Counted from the first letter of the stretch, positions 47,957 through 57,809 are shown. The stretch: DNA of 64,000 bases from Escherichia coli (GCF_024700885.2 NZ_CP117016.1); one strand, 5' to 3'. Notes: generated from the sequence alone by a model not told the origin. Translations and numbers: made by a program.

Positions 47957-48501
47957 TATAATCCTCCGGGTAATCTGGTTCCTGCTGCTGCCCCGATTGG
48001 CGCAGGGGTGCTTTGAGTAAACGGACTCCACGTCCCACCAAACATCTGGTACGCACCGTATGCCTTCAGAGGCGCAGTGAGCAATGTTGTTGCTGCTCCC
48101 ACATTCCCCTGTTTACGGGCTGAACTGGCTTCTGCTTTATAGTTGGCAGCCTGAACCTGATAACCGTAAGCCTCGCGTTGCGCGTTATTCACCGTCGTCA
48201 GCGAATCAAGAGCGCCAAACTGGGCAGTGTCGCCAAATATATCCAGCGCGTTACCGGTAGATAAATCGGCGCCGGTCGCCCCCATTGTCGCCGCCTGTGT
48301 ACCAAGCCGCTGTCGGGTCTCTCTGCGCCGTTGCTCAGCTTCAGCGTTACCTCTGTTTATTGCATCATTTGCCTGAGCTGTGGCTATATCTGCGTTCGCT
48401 TCTGCAACCTTCGAGGCATACTTTCCCTGTTGGTACTGGGTGTATGCCTGAATGCCACTCATGGCGAGCATTGCGCCACCAGCAATAACCGGATCGCACA
48501 T
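47956..48501 (-). CDS. Phage virion-associated protein (181 aa)
   Basis: ORF in virion block; Ala/Gln-rich. Confidence 0.4.
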
Positions 48502-48965
48502 TATTTTCTCTCCATGTGAAATCTGTGGAAATTAAGACCAAGAGCACCATAAGGCGCGGCTTCTTCAAGCCTGAATCCAAGCCAGTGCAGCCATGCTTTG
48601 GCAACATGGTTTCGCTCGTCGACGTAGTTTTCCAGGCGTGGATAAACTGCCAGCATCTGCTGCAATACAGGGCGGCAGTGGCGAAGAAATGTCTTCTGAT
48701 ATTTTTCAATACGGCTGGTTCCTACCAGCCAGGGCGTACCATTGCCACCGATCATTGACGCCGGAGATACGCCAAACATGGTTACCAGTTCTCCGTTCGC
48801 AAATCCTGACCAGGCCATAGTCGCAGTGCGAAGACCAACACGCAGCGCATCTTCGGTAGTCATCAGCGATACCGCATACAGTTCGTCAATATCAGCCTGA
48901 CGAACATCCGGAAAAATCATCTGAAGATGCTCTTCGGTAGCGGGAACAATTCGAACATCGATCAT
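48501..48965 (-). CDS. Putative GNAT-family N-acetyltransferase (154 aa)
   Basis: C-terminal NHVAKAWLHWLGF resembles the GNAT acetyl-CoA-binding signature. Confidence 0.35.
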   Translation of the reverse strand: MIDVRIVPATEEHLQMIFPDVRQADIDELYAVSLMTTEDALRVGLRTATMAWSGFANGELVTMFGVSPASMIGGNGTPWLVGTSRIEKYQKTFLRHCRPVLQQMLAVYPRLENYVDERNHVAKAWLHWLGFRLEEAAPYGALGLNFHRFHMERK

Positions 48966-51436
48966 CAGAATCCCCCAACAGTAAGGCGAGGAATAACGGC
49001 AAGAACAGACAGCGGCAACGGGTCAAGCTGACGGATTCTTACACGTCCGTTTTTGCCCCAGTTACTGTCCAGTTTCACTTCTACTTTTCCGGTAGCGTCA
49101 TCAACAGGATCATCGTAGAACTCGAATTCACGCTGTGGATATTCGTACCATTTACCGCCGGGCGTAGTCGCCCAGATGCCGCGGCTGGCATTCACAACCA
49201 GAGTAACGGATGGGATCACCTGTTTTTTGTCCAGCAGCGTTTCCTGTCCGTTAATGTTGATATCCAGTGTTTCGAATTCAGCAGTTATTGGCAGGCCGAT
49301 GTGCACTACAGCCCCCGGTGATTCCAGCGTGACGGCGCCTCCGGAAACTACTTTCTGTGGTTCCACGTTCGCATCAGAGAGGATGTTTACGGTCTGACCT
49401 TCAAGATGAGACAAGCCGCCAAATGCCCGGCGCGCCATCTGCCAGTTCGTGGTGGCCACATTCCTGAGGGATGGCGGGACGTTCCTGTTAGCACGAACCA
49501 CTACAGCGGTGTTGCTGGTTACAGAAATAATGTCGCAACGTAATTCTTTTGACACTTCATCGCCAGTATCAGGATCAGTTCCGGTATAAGGGAACTGTAG
49601 TTGCGCACCGACATCACTACTGGTGAAGTACGCACCGCCAGAAATACTGATTGTATATTCCGCGCGGTAATCCCATTCGCCAGAACCACCAGTGATGGTC
49701 ATCGTTCTGTCAGACGTATTTCTTCCATCATAGCTAAGGCCAGAATCAACAAAGAAAGCATCTTCATCGCTGGTAAATAAACGGCTGGACAGTCTCTCGA
49801 TGTATCTCACTGTTTGCCCGTTAACGGTTCGGTTAACGACGAAATACACCGCATCTTCATTTCCTTCGCTGATACTGCATGTGCTTTCATATTTTCCGGT
49901 ACTGGATTGTGGTGCCCATGCAAAAACCTGCTGATCACGCAAATAGGTCATCACCAGTAATTTACCGTCATCACGAATGCAGAAGGCGCTGGAGTAAGGG
50001 ACAATAGAGAAGCACCAGTCAACAATGCTGTGCTTCTGAAAAAGATGATTGGCAAGGATGGTCAGGTCGTTCCCCTGATAGCCGTCAACATCGAATGAGT
50101 AGGCCAGATCACGGACAACACTGCCTTTCTCCTGGACGAACAGAGCAATATTCGCCACGGCAATTGGTGGGACATTGCTCGAGCCATTTGATCCCTGAGA
50201 GCTGAATGCAAATGATGATGGGGTTAACACTTTGTTCTGGTCGCCGGTGATGACGTACTCACCTCCGGAAGTCAGTGCCACCAGCGAACCGACATCAATC
50301 AGGTGGCGGATCTCATTAACCTGACGCCCGGCATAGGTGTAGATAATTCTGTCGTTATCCTGCGTAGGATTGCTTTTGCCAAAATCCTTATAATCCCCAG
50401 TACGGCTGGCCCAGATAGTCTGAGGGAACGCAGTCGATGCGGCGAAGTAAAGACGTTGTTGATAATAAACAACAGTGCCAGGATAACCATTAACACTGTT
50501 CCAGGCATATTTAGCCCATTTATAGCTGGCATTATCCTCGCCAACGACCTGCGAAGGGATATAGGAAATCACCTCGGCAGTTGCAGTAGTGCCGTTTACA
50601 GCAGTGATACGGGCAATGCCAAACCCACTGTGCAGATACTCCCACTCAATGCCAGTATTATCATCACCGGATCCGCCCCAGCCATCCCATGATGTGCCTT
50701 CTGTATGCGAAGGGCGCAAAGTACCAGTTTTGCCTGCTGTAACGGCGCGATAGTAGTTACTGTCTGCACGGCGAATATCACCAATCGACGTACTCTTACT
50801 GGTTTCCCATACCGGCACTGAATCCACTGCTGGCTGTTCCAGATAGAACAATTTGCCTACCTGCTCCGCGCCAAAAATAGAGGCGCTTGCCGTTAACGTA
50901 ATTGTCCCGGTGCTGGCGCTGGCATAAACCGTCACTGACTCGTCAATATTGATATCTTCAAATGGCCCGTTCTTCGTTACCACATCAACCAGTTGCCAGT
51001 TGTCATGCGCATAGCGGCGCAACTCTTTCGGCGGGTATGCCGGATGAACCAGCGTAAGCACGTCTGCGCTTTGCGTGAATTTAATTCTGAACAGATCGGC
51101 TTCAGTATATGGCGTGGCAATTTCATAAATAACATTGCTGCTGTTCAGCACCAACGCACCATCTTTGATAACGCGCATGTACTGGTGTCCGAACTCCAGA
51201 GCATAAGTCTGAACCGTCGAGAACTGGAACGGGATCAGGCGGCATTTCCGATTTGGGTATTTGGCGGCACCGACAAAACGCGTACCAGGTCGATTCTCAA
51301 CGCCGCCATACTGCCGCACGATAAAGTTATCGCACTTGCGCAATGCCACCTGGTACTTCGCCATGTCGATACGACCGTACAACGACGGTCCAATCTCACC
51401 ACCGGCAAAGCTGGGCTGGATCCAACTGATAGCCAT
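48965..51436 (-). CDS. Tail protein (823 aa), probable tail tube/hub component
   Basis: Large beta-rich ORF downstream of head genes and upstream of ejection proteins. Confidence 0.5.
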   Translation of the reverse strand: MAISWIQPSFAGGEIGPSLYGRIDMAKYQVALRKCDNFIVRQYGGVENRPGTRFVGAAKYPNRKCRLIPFQFSTVQTYALEFGHQYMRVIKDGALVLNSSNVIYEIATPYTEADLFRIKFTQSADVLTLVHPAYPPKELRRYAHDNWQLVDVVTKNGPFEDINIDESVTVYASASTGTITLTASASIFGAEQVGKLFYLEQPAVDSVPVWETSKSTSIGDIRRADSNYYRAVTAGKTGTLRPSHTEGTSWDGWGGSGDDNTGIEWEYLHSGFGIARITAVNGTTATAEVISYIPSQVVGEDNASYKWAKYAWNSVNGYPGTVVYYQQRLYFAASTAFPQTIWASRTGDYKDFGKSNPTQDNDRIIYTYAGRQVNEIRHLIDVGSLVALTSGGEYVITGDQNKVLTPSSFAFSSQGSNGSSNVPPIAVANIALFVQEKGSVVRDLAYSFDVDGYQGNDLTILANHLFQKHSIVDWCFSIVPYSSAFCIRDDGKLLVMTYLRDQQVFAWAPQSSTGKYESTCSISEGNEDAVYFVVNRTVNGQTVRYIERLSSRLFTSDEDAFFVDSGLSYDGRNTSDRTMTITGGSGEWDYRAEYTISISGGAYFTSSDVGAQLQFPYTGTDPDTGDEVSKELRCDIISVTSNTAVVVRANRNVPPSLRNVATTNWQMARRAFGGLSHLEGQTVNILSDANVEPQKVVSGGAVTLESPGAVVHIGLPITAEFETLDININGQETLLDKKQVIPSVTLVVNASRGIWATTPGGKWYEYPQREFEFYDDPVDDATGKVEVKLDSNWGKNGRVRIRQLDPLPLSVLAVIPRLTVGGF

Positions 51437-52041
51437 CAGGACAACCTCGCAATGGTAAACTCGTCAACCGGTGGCTGTGGTTCCTGTGATTCATTCTGGC
51501 TATGCGAGCCAGCACTAAGAATCACGCGATTGTACATATTGAGGGCAAACGTACCGAGGTCTGCATTCCCAGTCAGCGCCATGTTAATAGCTGCCGCAAG
51601 ACGCCAGGCCAACGCCTCCATAAAAATGGCATCAAACATGTTCACATCTGTAACACGAGAGACATACTTGAGCCATGCCTGAGGCTGGTCTGTGTAGATC
51701 AACTTTCCTGTTCCGTTGGTGTCTACACCTACTTCGTACTGAACGCGCATTGCTGCTGTTGGATTGCGTACACCAGGAAGCATAATTTCAGTAATGCGCA
51801 GACAATCGGACGGGTACTGATACGCATATTCCCAGTCAGGCGGTAGATTGCTCGTATCTGCAAGCGCCACGCGTTTGGTAGCAAAGTTCCAGTCAAAATC
51901 AGAAAGCACAGCATCACGGCAGGCCTCAAAGTGCAGCGAACATTCCCCCGCTTCCTTGCTGGCTTCCGTCAGGCTGTTAATGCTGCGGCTATTGCCAATA
52001 TTGGACAGCGCACGATTGCAGATCTCTACTACAGAGGCCAT
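51436..52041 (-). CDS. Phage structural protein (201 aa), possible head-tail adaptor
   Basis: Position between head and tail genes; overlapping stop/start with neighbours. Confidence 0.4.
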   Translation of the reverse strand: MASVVEICNRALSNIGNSRSINSLTEASKEAGECSLHFEACRDAVLSDFDWNFATKRVALADTSNLPPDWEYAYQYPSDCLRITEIMLPGVRNPTAAMRVQYEVGVDTNGTGKLIYTDQPQAWLKYVSRVTDVNMFDAIFMEALAWRLAAAINMALTGNADLGTFALNMYNRVILSAGSHSQNESQEPQPPVDEFTIARLS

Positions 52042-52370
52042 TACTCACCCCCATTGCCGTACAGGGTTTCAGCCGCTGATTTTTCTACATCCCCGGAAAC
52101 AGGAGCGATCGCCATATCAGTGATCTGCAGATCGGCACTGCGATTAACACCATCGTCAGTTTCTCTGGCAGACAGGCCTCGAATAACAGCCTTTGCAGTT
52201 ATCATCACTTCTGTTCCGACGCCCTGAGGTTGCGCCTTCAGCTTATTCAATGTGTCGTTATTAAGAGTGATGCACAGCCCCCACGGGTATTCATCGCGAG
52301 TTCTGGTTTCTCCGCTCTCATCCTGGTAGCTGTCAGTGCCGGTTTTGAGGTTTACGAGTTCCATATACAC
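52041..52370 (-). CDS. Phage structural protein (109 aa)
   Basis: ORF in virion block. Confidence 0.35.
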   Translation of the reverse strand: MYMELVNLKTGTDSYQDESGETRTRDEYPWGLCITLNNDTLNKLKAQPQGVGTEVMITAKAVIRGLSARETDDGVNRSADLQITDMAIAPVSGDVEKSAAETLYGNGGE

Positions 52371-52414
52371 TCCTGCAATAAAGGGGCCGAAGCCCCTTGT
52401 CTGATCCGCGAGGC

Positions 52415-52759
52415 TTACACGCCCAGTTCTTTACGCTTATCTGCGATCTTCTCGCGGAGCGTTTCGGCTTTGGCGTTATGGTGTGGCTTCTCGTTAAAGA
52501 GCAATTCGTACTCTTCACGGAGCTTATCCAGTTCACCATCATCTGACACATCGTTGATGATTTTGGTGCTGGTTGCTGCCATTGACACCTTTCCTGCAAC
52601 TTTTGCTTTTGCCTGTCTGGCTGCATCGTTAACAGGTTCCAGTGCGCTACCAGGCTCACCTTCGTATTCGATTTCTGCCCCCTCCGGCCACAGTGTGTTA
52701 TGGATATGAGAGAGGCGCAGAACGCGGTATCTTGGTTTCTCACCTGACATCGATATCAC
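52415..52759 (-). CDS. Phage protein (114 aa)
   Basis: Preferred over the overlapping 52333..52743 frame, which has an implausible composition. Confidence 0.35.
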   Translation of the reverse strand: MISMSGEKPRYRVLRLSHIHNTLWPEGAEIEYEGEPGSALEPVNDAARQAKAKVAGKVSMAATSTKIINDVSDDGELDKLREEYELLFNEKPHHNAKAETLREKIADKRKELGV

Positions 52760-52760
52760 C

Positions 52761-53198
52761 TTAACCAGTTACTTTTGAGCGGATCGGGTACGGCGTATTG
52801 GCATCAACATCCAGACTGATACCAGCAGTGAATTTGCCATCCGTTAGTGGGCCAGTTGCGACGGAGTAGTTAACACGCAGATATCGCTGAACACCGGCTG
52901 GCACCTTTGCAGAAACAACTCGCTTACCTGCTGTCAGGGTGGCCTTTGCCAGTGCGCCACTATCATAAATAGTGGTCCAAGAGCTGTTATTCTCACTCGT
53001 CTGCAACTGGATGTTTACAGTTGCCTCACCACTTGCCGTGGCGGCTTCGTTAACCAGCGCCCAAAACTCAAGCGGGTAACCCACGTCGATATCGCGACGG
53101 TTTCCATCAATTGGACCGAGATCGATTACGTCAGTAGAAGCCGCGGTATCAGTTACCGCCTGTGCTTCGGAGAACATCAACAGTTTGTCGGTGATCAT
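52761..53198 (-). CDS. Phage structural protein (145 aa), possible capsid decoration protein
   Basis: Immediately downstream of the major capsid gene. Confidence 0.35.
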   Translation of the reverse strand: MITDKLLMFSEAQAVTDTAASTDVIDLGPIDGNRRDIDVGYPLEFWALVNEAATASGEATVNIQLQTSENNSSWTTIYDSGALAKATLTAGKRVVSAKVPAGVQRYLRVNYSVATGPLTDGKFTAGISLDVDANTPYPIRSKVTG

Positions 53199-53249
53199 CT
53201 TCTTTCTCCATTAGTGGGTCTGTTACGACCCACAGGTTAATAACAGGCG

Positions 53250-54242
53250 TTACACCACGCGGGCTTCTGTTTCCAGAAGCGCATCAGTTTCACGGATTGG
53301 TACACCACGGAATGACGTCCACCACTCGCCTTCTGTCTCTTTTACGCTGATAGCCAGAGATGTTTTCTCCAGAGACTGCAGATCAAGAGCCTGGCCTACA
53401 GTGCGGTTCATGTAGAACACCGGGCGGCCCATGCCACGGTTTGGAATGCGATGTAGTGCTTTAACCATCAACTTCGCAATATTTGCGGCAGAGGAAGGTT
53501 CTGAAAGATTGCTGACATCGATGTTTGCAATGCGAACAACATAACGCCAGTCACGCAGAGCAAGCCCGTTGTCCCATTTGTAATGGGTACGGTAGCCTTC
53601 GTACTTGCCGCCATTCGCATCTTCCAGTGTCACCTGGCCTTTATCTTCCATCTGGATGCCAGCCTTCTGCCCTTTCGGGAAGATGCCATGCACGGTGTTT
53701 TCACCCCACACCACTAACCAGATTGAGGTGTTATCTGTACCCGTGCCACCAGCATCAATGATGTTCTGAGCATTACCCGCAGACAGGCTGGAATAGCGGG
53801 AGGACAGTCCCATAAACTGCTGAGGGTTAACGCTGGAATCACCATAAAACAACGTCTGCGCCATCTGCTGATTCATCGCTTCAATAAATGCGCGGTCTTC
53901 AGACAGGCGGAACTCGGCGGTATTGCCGTTCAGATCAGCCAGTGACTTATCGACTTCAGCATAGGTTTCCAGCATGCCAACGGAATCGGTTACCTGCACT
54001 GTGGTTGATTTGCTTGGCTGTACGCCATAGTTCAGCAAACGCCAGGTAGCTGAAGGTAAACCAGAACGAATGGTGGTTCGGTGTCCGGTAGGAAGGTTCC
54101 CTTCGACAAAAGGCATATCCTGAAGGATCGGGTTAGTTTGACCGAGAAGCTCGATAATCTTATCGACTTTCCCGTTTGGATCGACGCGCTTACCCCAGTC
54201 AGCCAGCGTTAGCGCAGTTAAGCCTTTAACAGCCATTGTCAT
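53250..54242 (-). CDS. Major capsid protein (330 aa)
   Basis: Position after scaffold gene; size and composition typical of HK97-fold coat proteins. Confidence 0.65.
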   Translation of the reverse strand: MTMAVKGLTALTLADWGKRVDPNGKVDKIIELLGQTNPILQDMPFVEGNLPTGHRTTIRSGLPSATWRLLNYGVQPSKSTTVQVTDSVGMLETYAEVDKSLADLNGNTAEFRLSEDRAFIEAMNQQMAQTLFYGDSSVNPQQFMGLSSRYSSLSAGNAQNIIDAGGTGTDNTSIWLVVWGENTVHGIFPKGQKAGIQMEDKGQVTLEDANGGKYEGYRTHYKWDNGLALRDWRYVVRIANIDVSNLSEPSSAANIAKLMVKALHRIPNRGMGRPVFYMNRTVGQALDLQSLEKTSLAISVKETEGEWWTSFRGVPIRETDALLETEARVV

Positions 54243-54250
54243 TTCCTCTC

Positions 54251-54952
54251 TTATTTGCCATAGAGCACTTCGGCCGCACTACGCTGGCCTTCATTACCAC
54301 CGGTGACCATGCCATCTTCAGACATCGCCTTTCCGATTTTCACGAACGTTTTGACCAGATCAGGGTGATTACCCAGCCCGGTGGTGTTCAGATATTCTTT
54401 GAGTTCAGGTGTCCCGAACTGGTCAAGCGCACGCTGTGCGGCGCTAAGGTTAGAAATCAACTTGTCGCCACCGATTTCTTTGTCAGCTTTTACATCCGCA
54501 GCCCACTGCTCGGTTGTTTTCTGCCAGGCTTCTGCCTGGCGCTGCTGAACACCTGCCAGAATCTTCGGATAAGCATCAACCAGCTTTTGCGCTTGCTCGT
54601 TGGTCAGGTTAAGTTCTCGCGCCACTGGCTCGAATTCCTTCAACGCTTCTGTATCCAGCTCTACGCCTTCGGCAGCATGAAATTCGTACTTCTCCGGCGC
54701 ACCCTCTGGTTTATCGCCGTCCTTTTTTTCACCCTGCTTATCGTTTTCAGATTTTTTTTCATCATCAGGTTTATCGACATCAACAACAGGTTGTGGCTTA
54801 TCACCTTCCTGTTGTGATGGATCACCAGCTGGAGCAGGGTTATCACCTGCATGCGCTGACGGTTCTGACGCAGCCGGAGCTGCCCCACCATCGACTTGTT
54901 GCTCATTGCAAAGACGGCGATACAGCAAACGCTCAAATAAACTCATGATCAC
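54251..54952 (-). CDS. Scaffolding protein
   Basis: Acidic, low-complexity D/E/K/P-rich N-terminal region and helical C-terminus; between portal and capsid genes. Confidence 0.5.
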   Translation of the reverse strand: MIMSLFERLLYRRLCNEQQVDGGAAPAASEPSAHAGDNPAPAGDPSQQEGDKPQPVVDVDKPDDEKKSENDKQGEKKDGDKPEGAPEKYEFHAAEGVELDTEALKEFEPVARELNLTNEQAQKLVDAYPKILAGVQQRQAEAWQKTTEQWAADVKADKEIGGDKLISNLSAAQRALDQFGTPELKEYLNTTGLGNHPDLVKTFVKIGKAMSEDGMVTGGNEGQRSAAEVLYGK

Positions 54953-55245
54953 TCCTGTTCACTGGCCTCTTTGGCCATCTTCAAATACTGTTCAGGGCAA
55001 TGCGCCATAACGCGCTGAAACAGTTCCAGCGCCAGATTGCGTTGCCCCTCATTAAATGCCATTGCCATAGCATCCATCGGAGAGATAGCGGAAAACACCC
55101 GGCCTTTCTCCAGCACCGACCAGACAACGCGACGCCCCTGTTCACTGCTCATGACAAAGCGAATGTCATCAATTTCACGCTGTGCCATGTCACGTTGCTT
55201 ACGGGCGTTTTCTTCTTTCAGTTGATCGTCTTCGTAATCTGTCAT
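54949..55245 (-). CDS. Small phage head-assembly protein (98 aa)
   Basis: ORF with start overlapping the portal stop. Confidence 0.4.
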   Translation of the reverse strand: MTDYEDDQLKEENARKQRDMAQREIDDIRFVMSSEQGRRVVWSVLEKGRVFSAISPMDAMAMAFNEGQRNLALELFQRVMAHCPEQYLKMAKEASEQE

Positions 55246-56921
55246 TGTGATTGCCCACCCTGACCACTAACTGCATTCGCCATAGCTGACAAAACACTCG
55301 GATCCGAAGTTTTAGCTTCGCTTAGCGTCTTGGCACCCTGTGCCGCCGCCATCCCCATCGCCATCATTTGTTGCTGCTGTTGTTGCTGTGCCCGTTGCTG
55401 GCGAGCCTGCTCAACCTGTTCCTGCGGAACAATGACGGTTGGAGACACTCCGGACATATCAGCGAATGCATCGATCGCCTGATCAACGTTGAGTTTGTCG
55501 AGAGCTTCTGGTTTCGCTTGCGCAAGTTGACCAATAAAGTTGACCGTGGATGCCAGACTGGACAGGCCGATAGACTTCTGCGCCTGAGCCATGACGGAAA
55601 TGTATTCGACCTTCAGGGGCATACCTTCCATCGCGTCAGGCGGTGGCGGCAGCATGTTTTTACGCACCATCATCGAGAAAGCGCGGTCAATGAGAGGATT
55701 AAGACATTCGTCGTTCAGACGCTCCAGAACCGGCCCCAACATCAGAAGTTTTTCTTCTTTCATTTCGATCACCGCTTCAACAGGCATCGAGCGGGTATTG
55801 ATGTTCTGCAACATCATGAACAGATCGACAAAGTAGGCGCTGTTAATGATTTGACGAGTGTCCTGAATGTCTGCCACCAAATCTGCTGTACTGGGGTTAA
55901 CCAGATAAGCAGGCCTGAAACCATCCTGACCAGTAATCTGATCGATATACGTGATGTCGCCAGGAAGAAGGGAGGCACGCTGATTCTTGAGGGAAATCGG
56001 AGCAACCATCGGCGGATTGGTGGCTTTATCAATCAACTGCGACTTGCGCTTCTGGAGAAGCTGCAATGCCTTAACAGGTCCAAGCGCCAGCATACCCGGG
56101 CATGATGATCCATAAACATCTTCGCCGTTAACTTCCCAGCGCGGAGCCATAATTGGAAACTCATCGAATCCGGACTCACGCAACAACTTGTCGTTATCGC
56201 CACCAACCTCGTAATAAACCGATTTGAATGGCTTGTTCTTGCTATCCAGCTTCGATGTATCGCGGTCAATGTTCGGGTAAACCGAATGCATCACTTCAAT
56301 CCACTTCTCGTAGGTGCCGCTTTCCCACATGCTTTTTACGGATTCGCTGACGTTATTTAGCCCGAACTCCTGAACAAGCTGACGAACAGTCATAGAGAAC
56401 TTGCGAAAACAGGTGTCAACACTGCCACGAGGTGAGTTAGCCAGGTAGTAACTTCCTATCGGGAATGGCATTGTACGAATGATGTCCTCGTCATCCTCCA
56501 GCACCGCCATTGCGCCAGTGCTGTATGTGCCGAGGCTTCCGTATAACTGCGGCAGCGACTGATAGAGATTCGACTTATTGAACATATCGTTCATGCGGTT
56601 CTGCACCGCCTCAAGCCACAACTTAACAGGGCCATAATCCATCATTTCAGGATCTGGCGTAGCCAGGCGAAACCACGGACGCGCTGGGCTTGTGATGCCT
56701 GACATCATGCCGCTGGCGAGAGTGCGCGCCGCCATAGTCCCGGTCGAATCAATAATGCGTGTATTGCGTCGATCGTTACGGTTGACCTCAGAAGTCAGAA
56801 AGCGGGAACCACGCGGGTTGATGTAATCACTCAACTCGCGCCAGTGCGGCTCGAACGACTGACGCTCGCTTTCAAGTTGTGCGAACTGTTTGTTCAATCG
56901 CTCTTTAGTTGTTTCCGCCAT
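55242..56921 (-). CDS. Portal protein (559 aa)
   Basis: Size, first large gene downstream of terminase, GGAG RBS. Confidence 0.7.
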   Translation of the reverse strand: MAETTKERLNKQFAQLESERQSFEPHWRELSDYINPRGSRFLTSEVNRNDRRNTRIIDSTGTMAARTLASGMMSGITSPARPWFRLATPDPEMMDYGPVKLWLEAVQNRMNDMFNKSNLYQSLPQLYGSLGTYSTGAMAVLEDDEDIIRTMPFPIGSYYLANSPRGSVDTCFRKFSMTVRQLVQEFGLNNVSESVKSMWESGTYEKWIEVMHSVYPNIDRDTSKLDSKNKPFKSVYYEVGGDNDKLLRESGFDEFPIMAPRWEVNGEDVYGSSCPGMLALGPVKALQLLQKRKSQLIDKATNPPMVAPISLKNQRASLLPGDITYIDQITGQDGFRPAYLVNPSTADLVADIQDTRQIINSAYFVDLFMMLQNINTRSMPVEAVIEMKEEKLLMLGPVLERLNDECLNPLIDRAFSMMVRKNMLPPPPDAMEGMPLKVEYISVMAQAQKSIGLSSLASTVNFIGQLAQAKPEALDKLNVDQAIDAFADMSGVSPTVIVPQEQVEQARQQRAQQQQQQQMMAMGMAAAQGAKTLSEAKTSDPSVLSAMANAVSGQGGQSQ

Positions 56922-56935
56922 TTCAATGACTCCGG

Positions 56936-57142
56936 TTACTGACCAAGCAGCGTTTTACCGCTGGTATTAGCGGTTGATGTGTCGCCCTGAGAACCGGTAA
57001 GCAGCGTAGAACTACGACCAGCAGCAGCGCGACGGCGACGAGTTTCTTCGTCGCGGGCATCAACAACGGCGGCATCCTGCTCCTGTGGTGCTGCCTGAAC
57101 TTCTGGTGTTGCAGGCACTGATGGTGAGCTACCCATGCACAT
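56936..57142 (-). CDS. Small hypothetical protein (68 aa) upstream of portal
   Basis: ORF ending at the portal RBS; Arg-rich centre; could be non-coding. Confidence 0.25.
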   Translation of the reverse strand: MCMGSSPSVPATPEVQAAPQEQDAAVVDARDEETRRRRAAAGRSSTLLTGSQGDTSTANTSGKTLLGQ

Positions 57143-57168
57143 ATCAATGACTCCGTACGCAATTAAAT

Positions 57169-57248
57169 TATTACCAATTTAACCACATATGATTTATTTA
57201 TCGTAGATAGTTGACATTTAACGCACAAATTATTACCTTTAAGGTAAC
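57169..57248 (+). promoter_or_regulatory. Conserved cassette copy B: TATTACC, AACCACATATG, perfect -35 TTGACA, 17-bp palindrome ATTACCTTTAAGGTAAC
   Basis: Same block order as copy A at 39946-40013; TTGACA at 57211-57216 with the palindrome where a -10 would lie. Confidence 0.5.
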
Positions 57249-57568
57249 TAAAGAGTTCATTCCGGTTACTAACCTGACTGGCTTGTCGTTAAATTGAACA
57301 GGTGGAGTGAGCTTTTATTTTGAGCAGTACGGCGTATGGCACATGCGCCGATAGCGGTCTGGATACGTTTAAGGGGCACCCTCCCTTGCTCGGGCAAACG
57401 AACCAGGTAGCCGGAATGTGCAAGTCGAGCGGTTTTATTCCGCGCACGGGGATTCACCATCCCGGCTATTCGGTGTGACGCCTCGGAATAGACGAGGGTA
57501 CAACGATGAGAGCATTTATGGAGCTGCGACAAAGTGTGGCGCATTAACAGGCTAAGTGCTCTCAGCGT

Positions 57569-57645
57569 TGTGGCATTAGCTCAGCTGGACAGAGCAACCG
57601 CCTTCTAAGCGGTTGGTCGCAGGTTCGAATCCTGCATGCCACGCC
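57569..57645 (+). tRNA. tRNA-Arg (anticodon UCU), phage-borne
   Basis: Cloverleaf by hand: acceptor GTGGCAT/ATGCCAC, D-arm GCTC/GAGC, anticodon loop CTTCTAA, T-arm GCAGG-TTCGAAT-CCTGC, encoded CCA; resembles E. coli argU. Confidence 0.85.
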
Positions 57646-57688
57646 AGAATCACGCCTAAGGACCGTGATGCCAGAAGTTCCAGGTGCT

Positions 57689-57731
57689 TGGCGGTGATGG
57701 TTTCCCTTGAAGGACTATCACCGCCCTTTTT
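57689..57731 (+). terminator. Rho-independent terminator after tRNA-Arg
   Basis: GGCGGTGAT-N18-ATCACCGCC followed by CTTTTTT. Confidence 0.6.
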
Positions 57732-57809
57732 TACAGCAGGACGCCATTGCGATGACTTCATGCTGTAAACCCGTACAGCCACGGAAGGCATAACTCATTG
57801 CTTCCAGTT

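Noticed and set aside
47957-48031. First 25 codons of the tracked ORF 45149..48031
   Set aside because: They overlap the upstream gene by 75 bp; the ATG at 47954-47956 has a GGAGG RBS and a stop-start overlap, so the start was moved.
52333-52743. 136-aa ORF overlapping 52415..52759
   Set aside because: Composition (Cys/His/Trp-rich, basic) looks like an out-of-frame read; the 114-aa frame with charged helical character was preferred.
56923-57162. 79-aa ORF overlapping the portal start
   Set aside because: Alternative frame of the 56936..57142 ORF that overlaps the portal RBS and start; low-complexity; the other frame was kept at low confidence.
57269-57544. 91-aa minus-strand ORF in the GC-rich tRNA leader, and the possibility of a second tRNA there
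   Set aside because: The protein has an implausible composition and no RBS; no canonical cloverleaf (T-loop or anticodon stem) could be folded by hand, so I left the region as an unexplained leader.
57576-57791. 71-aa minus-strand ORF
   Set aside because: It overlaps the tRNA-Arg gene and its terminator; no RBS; almost certainly spurious.
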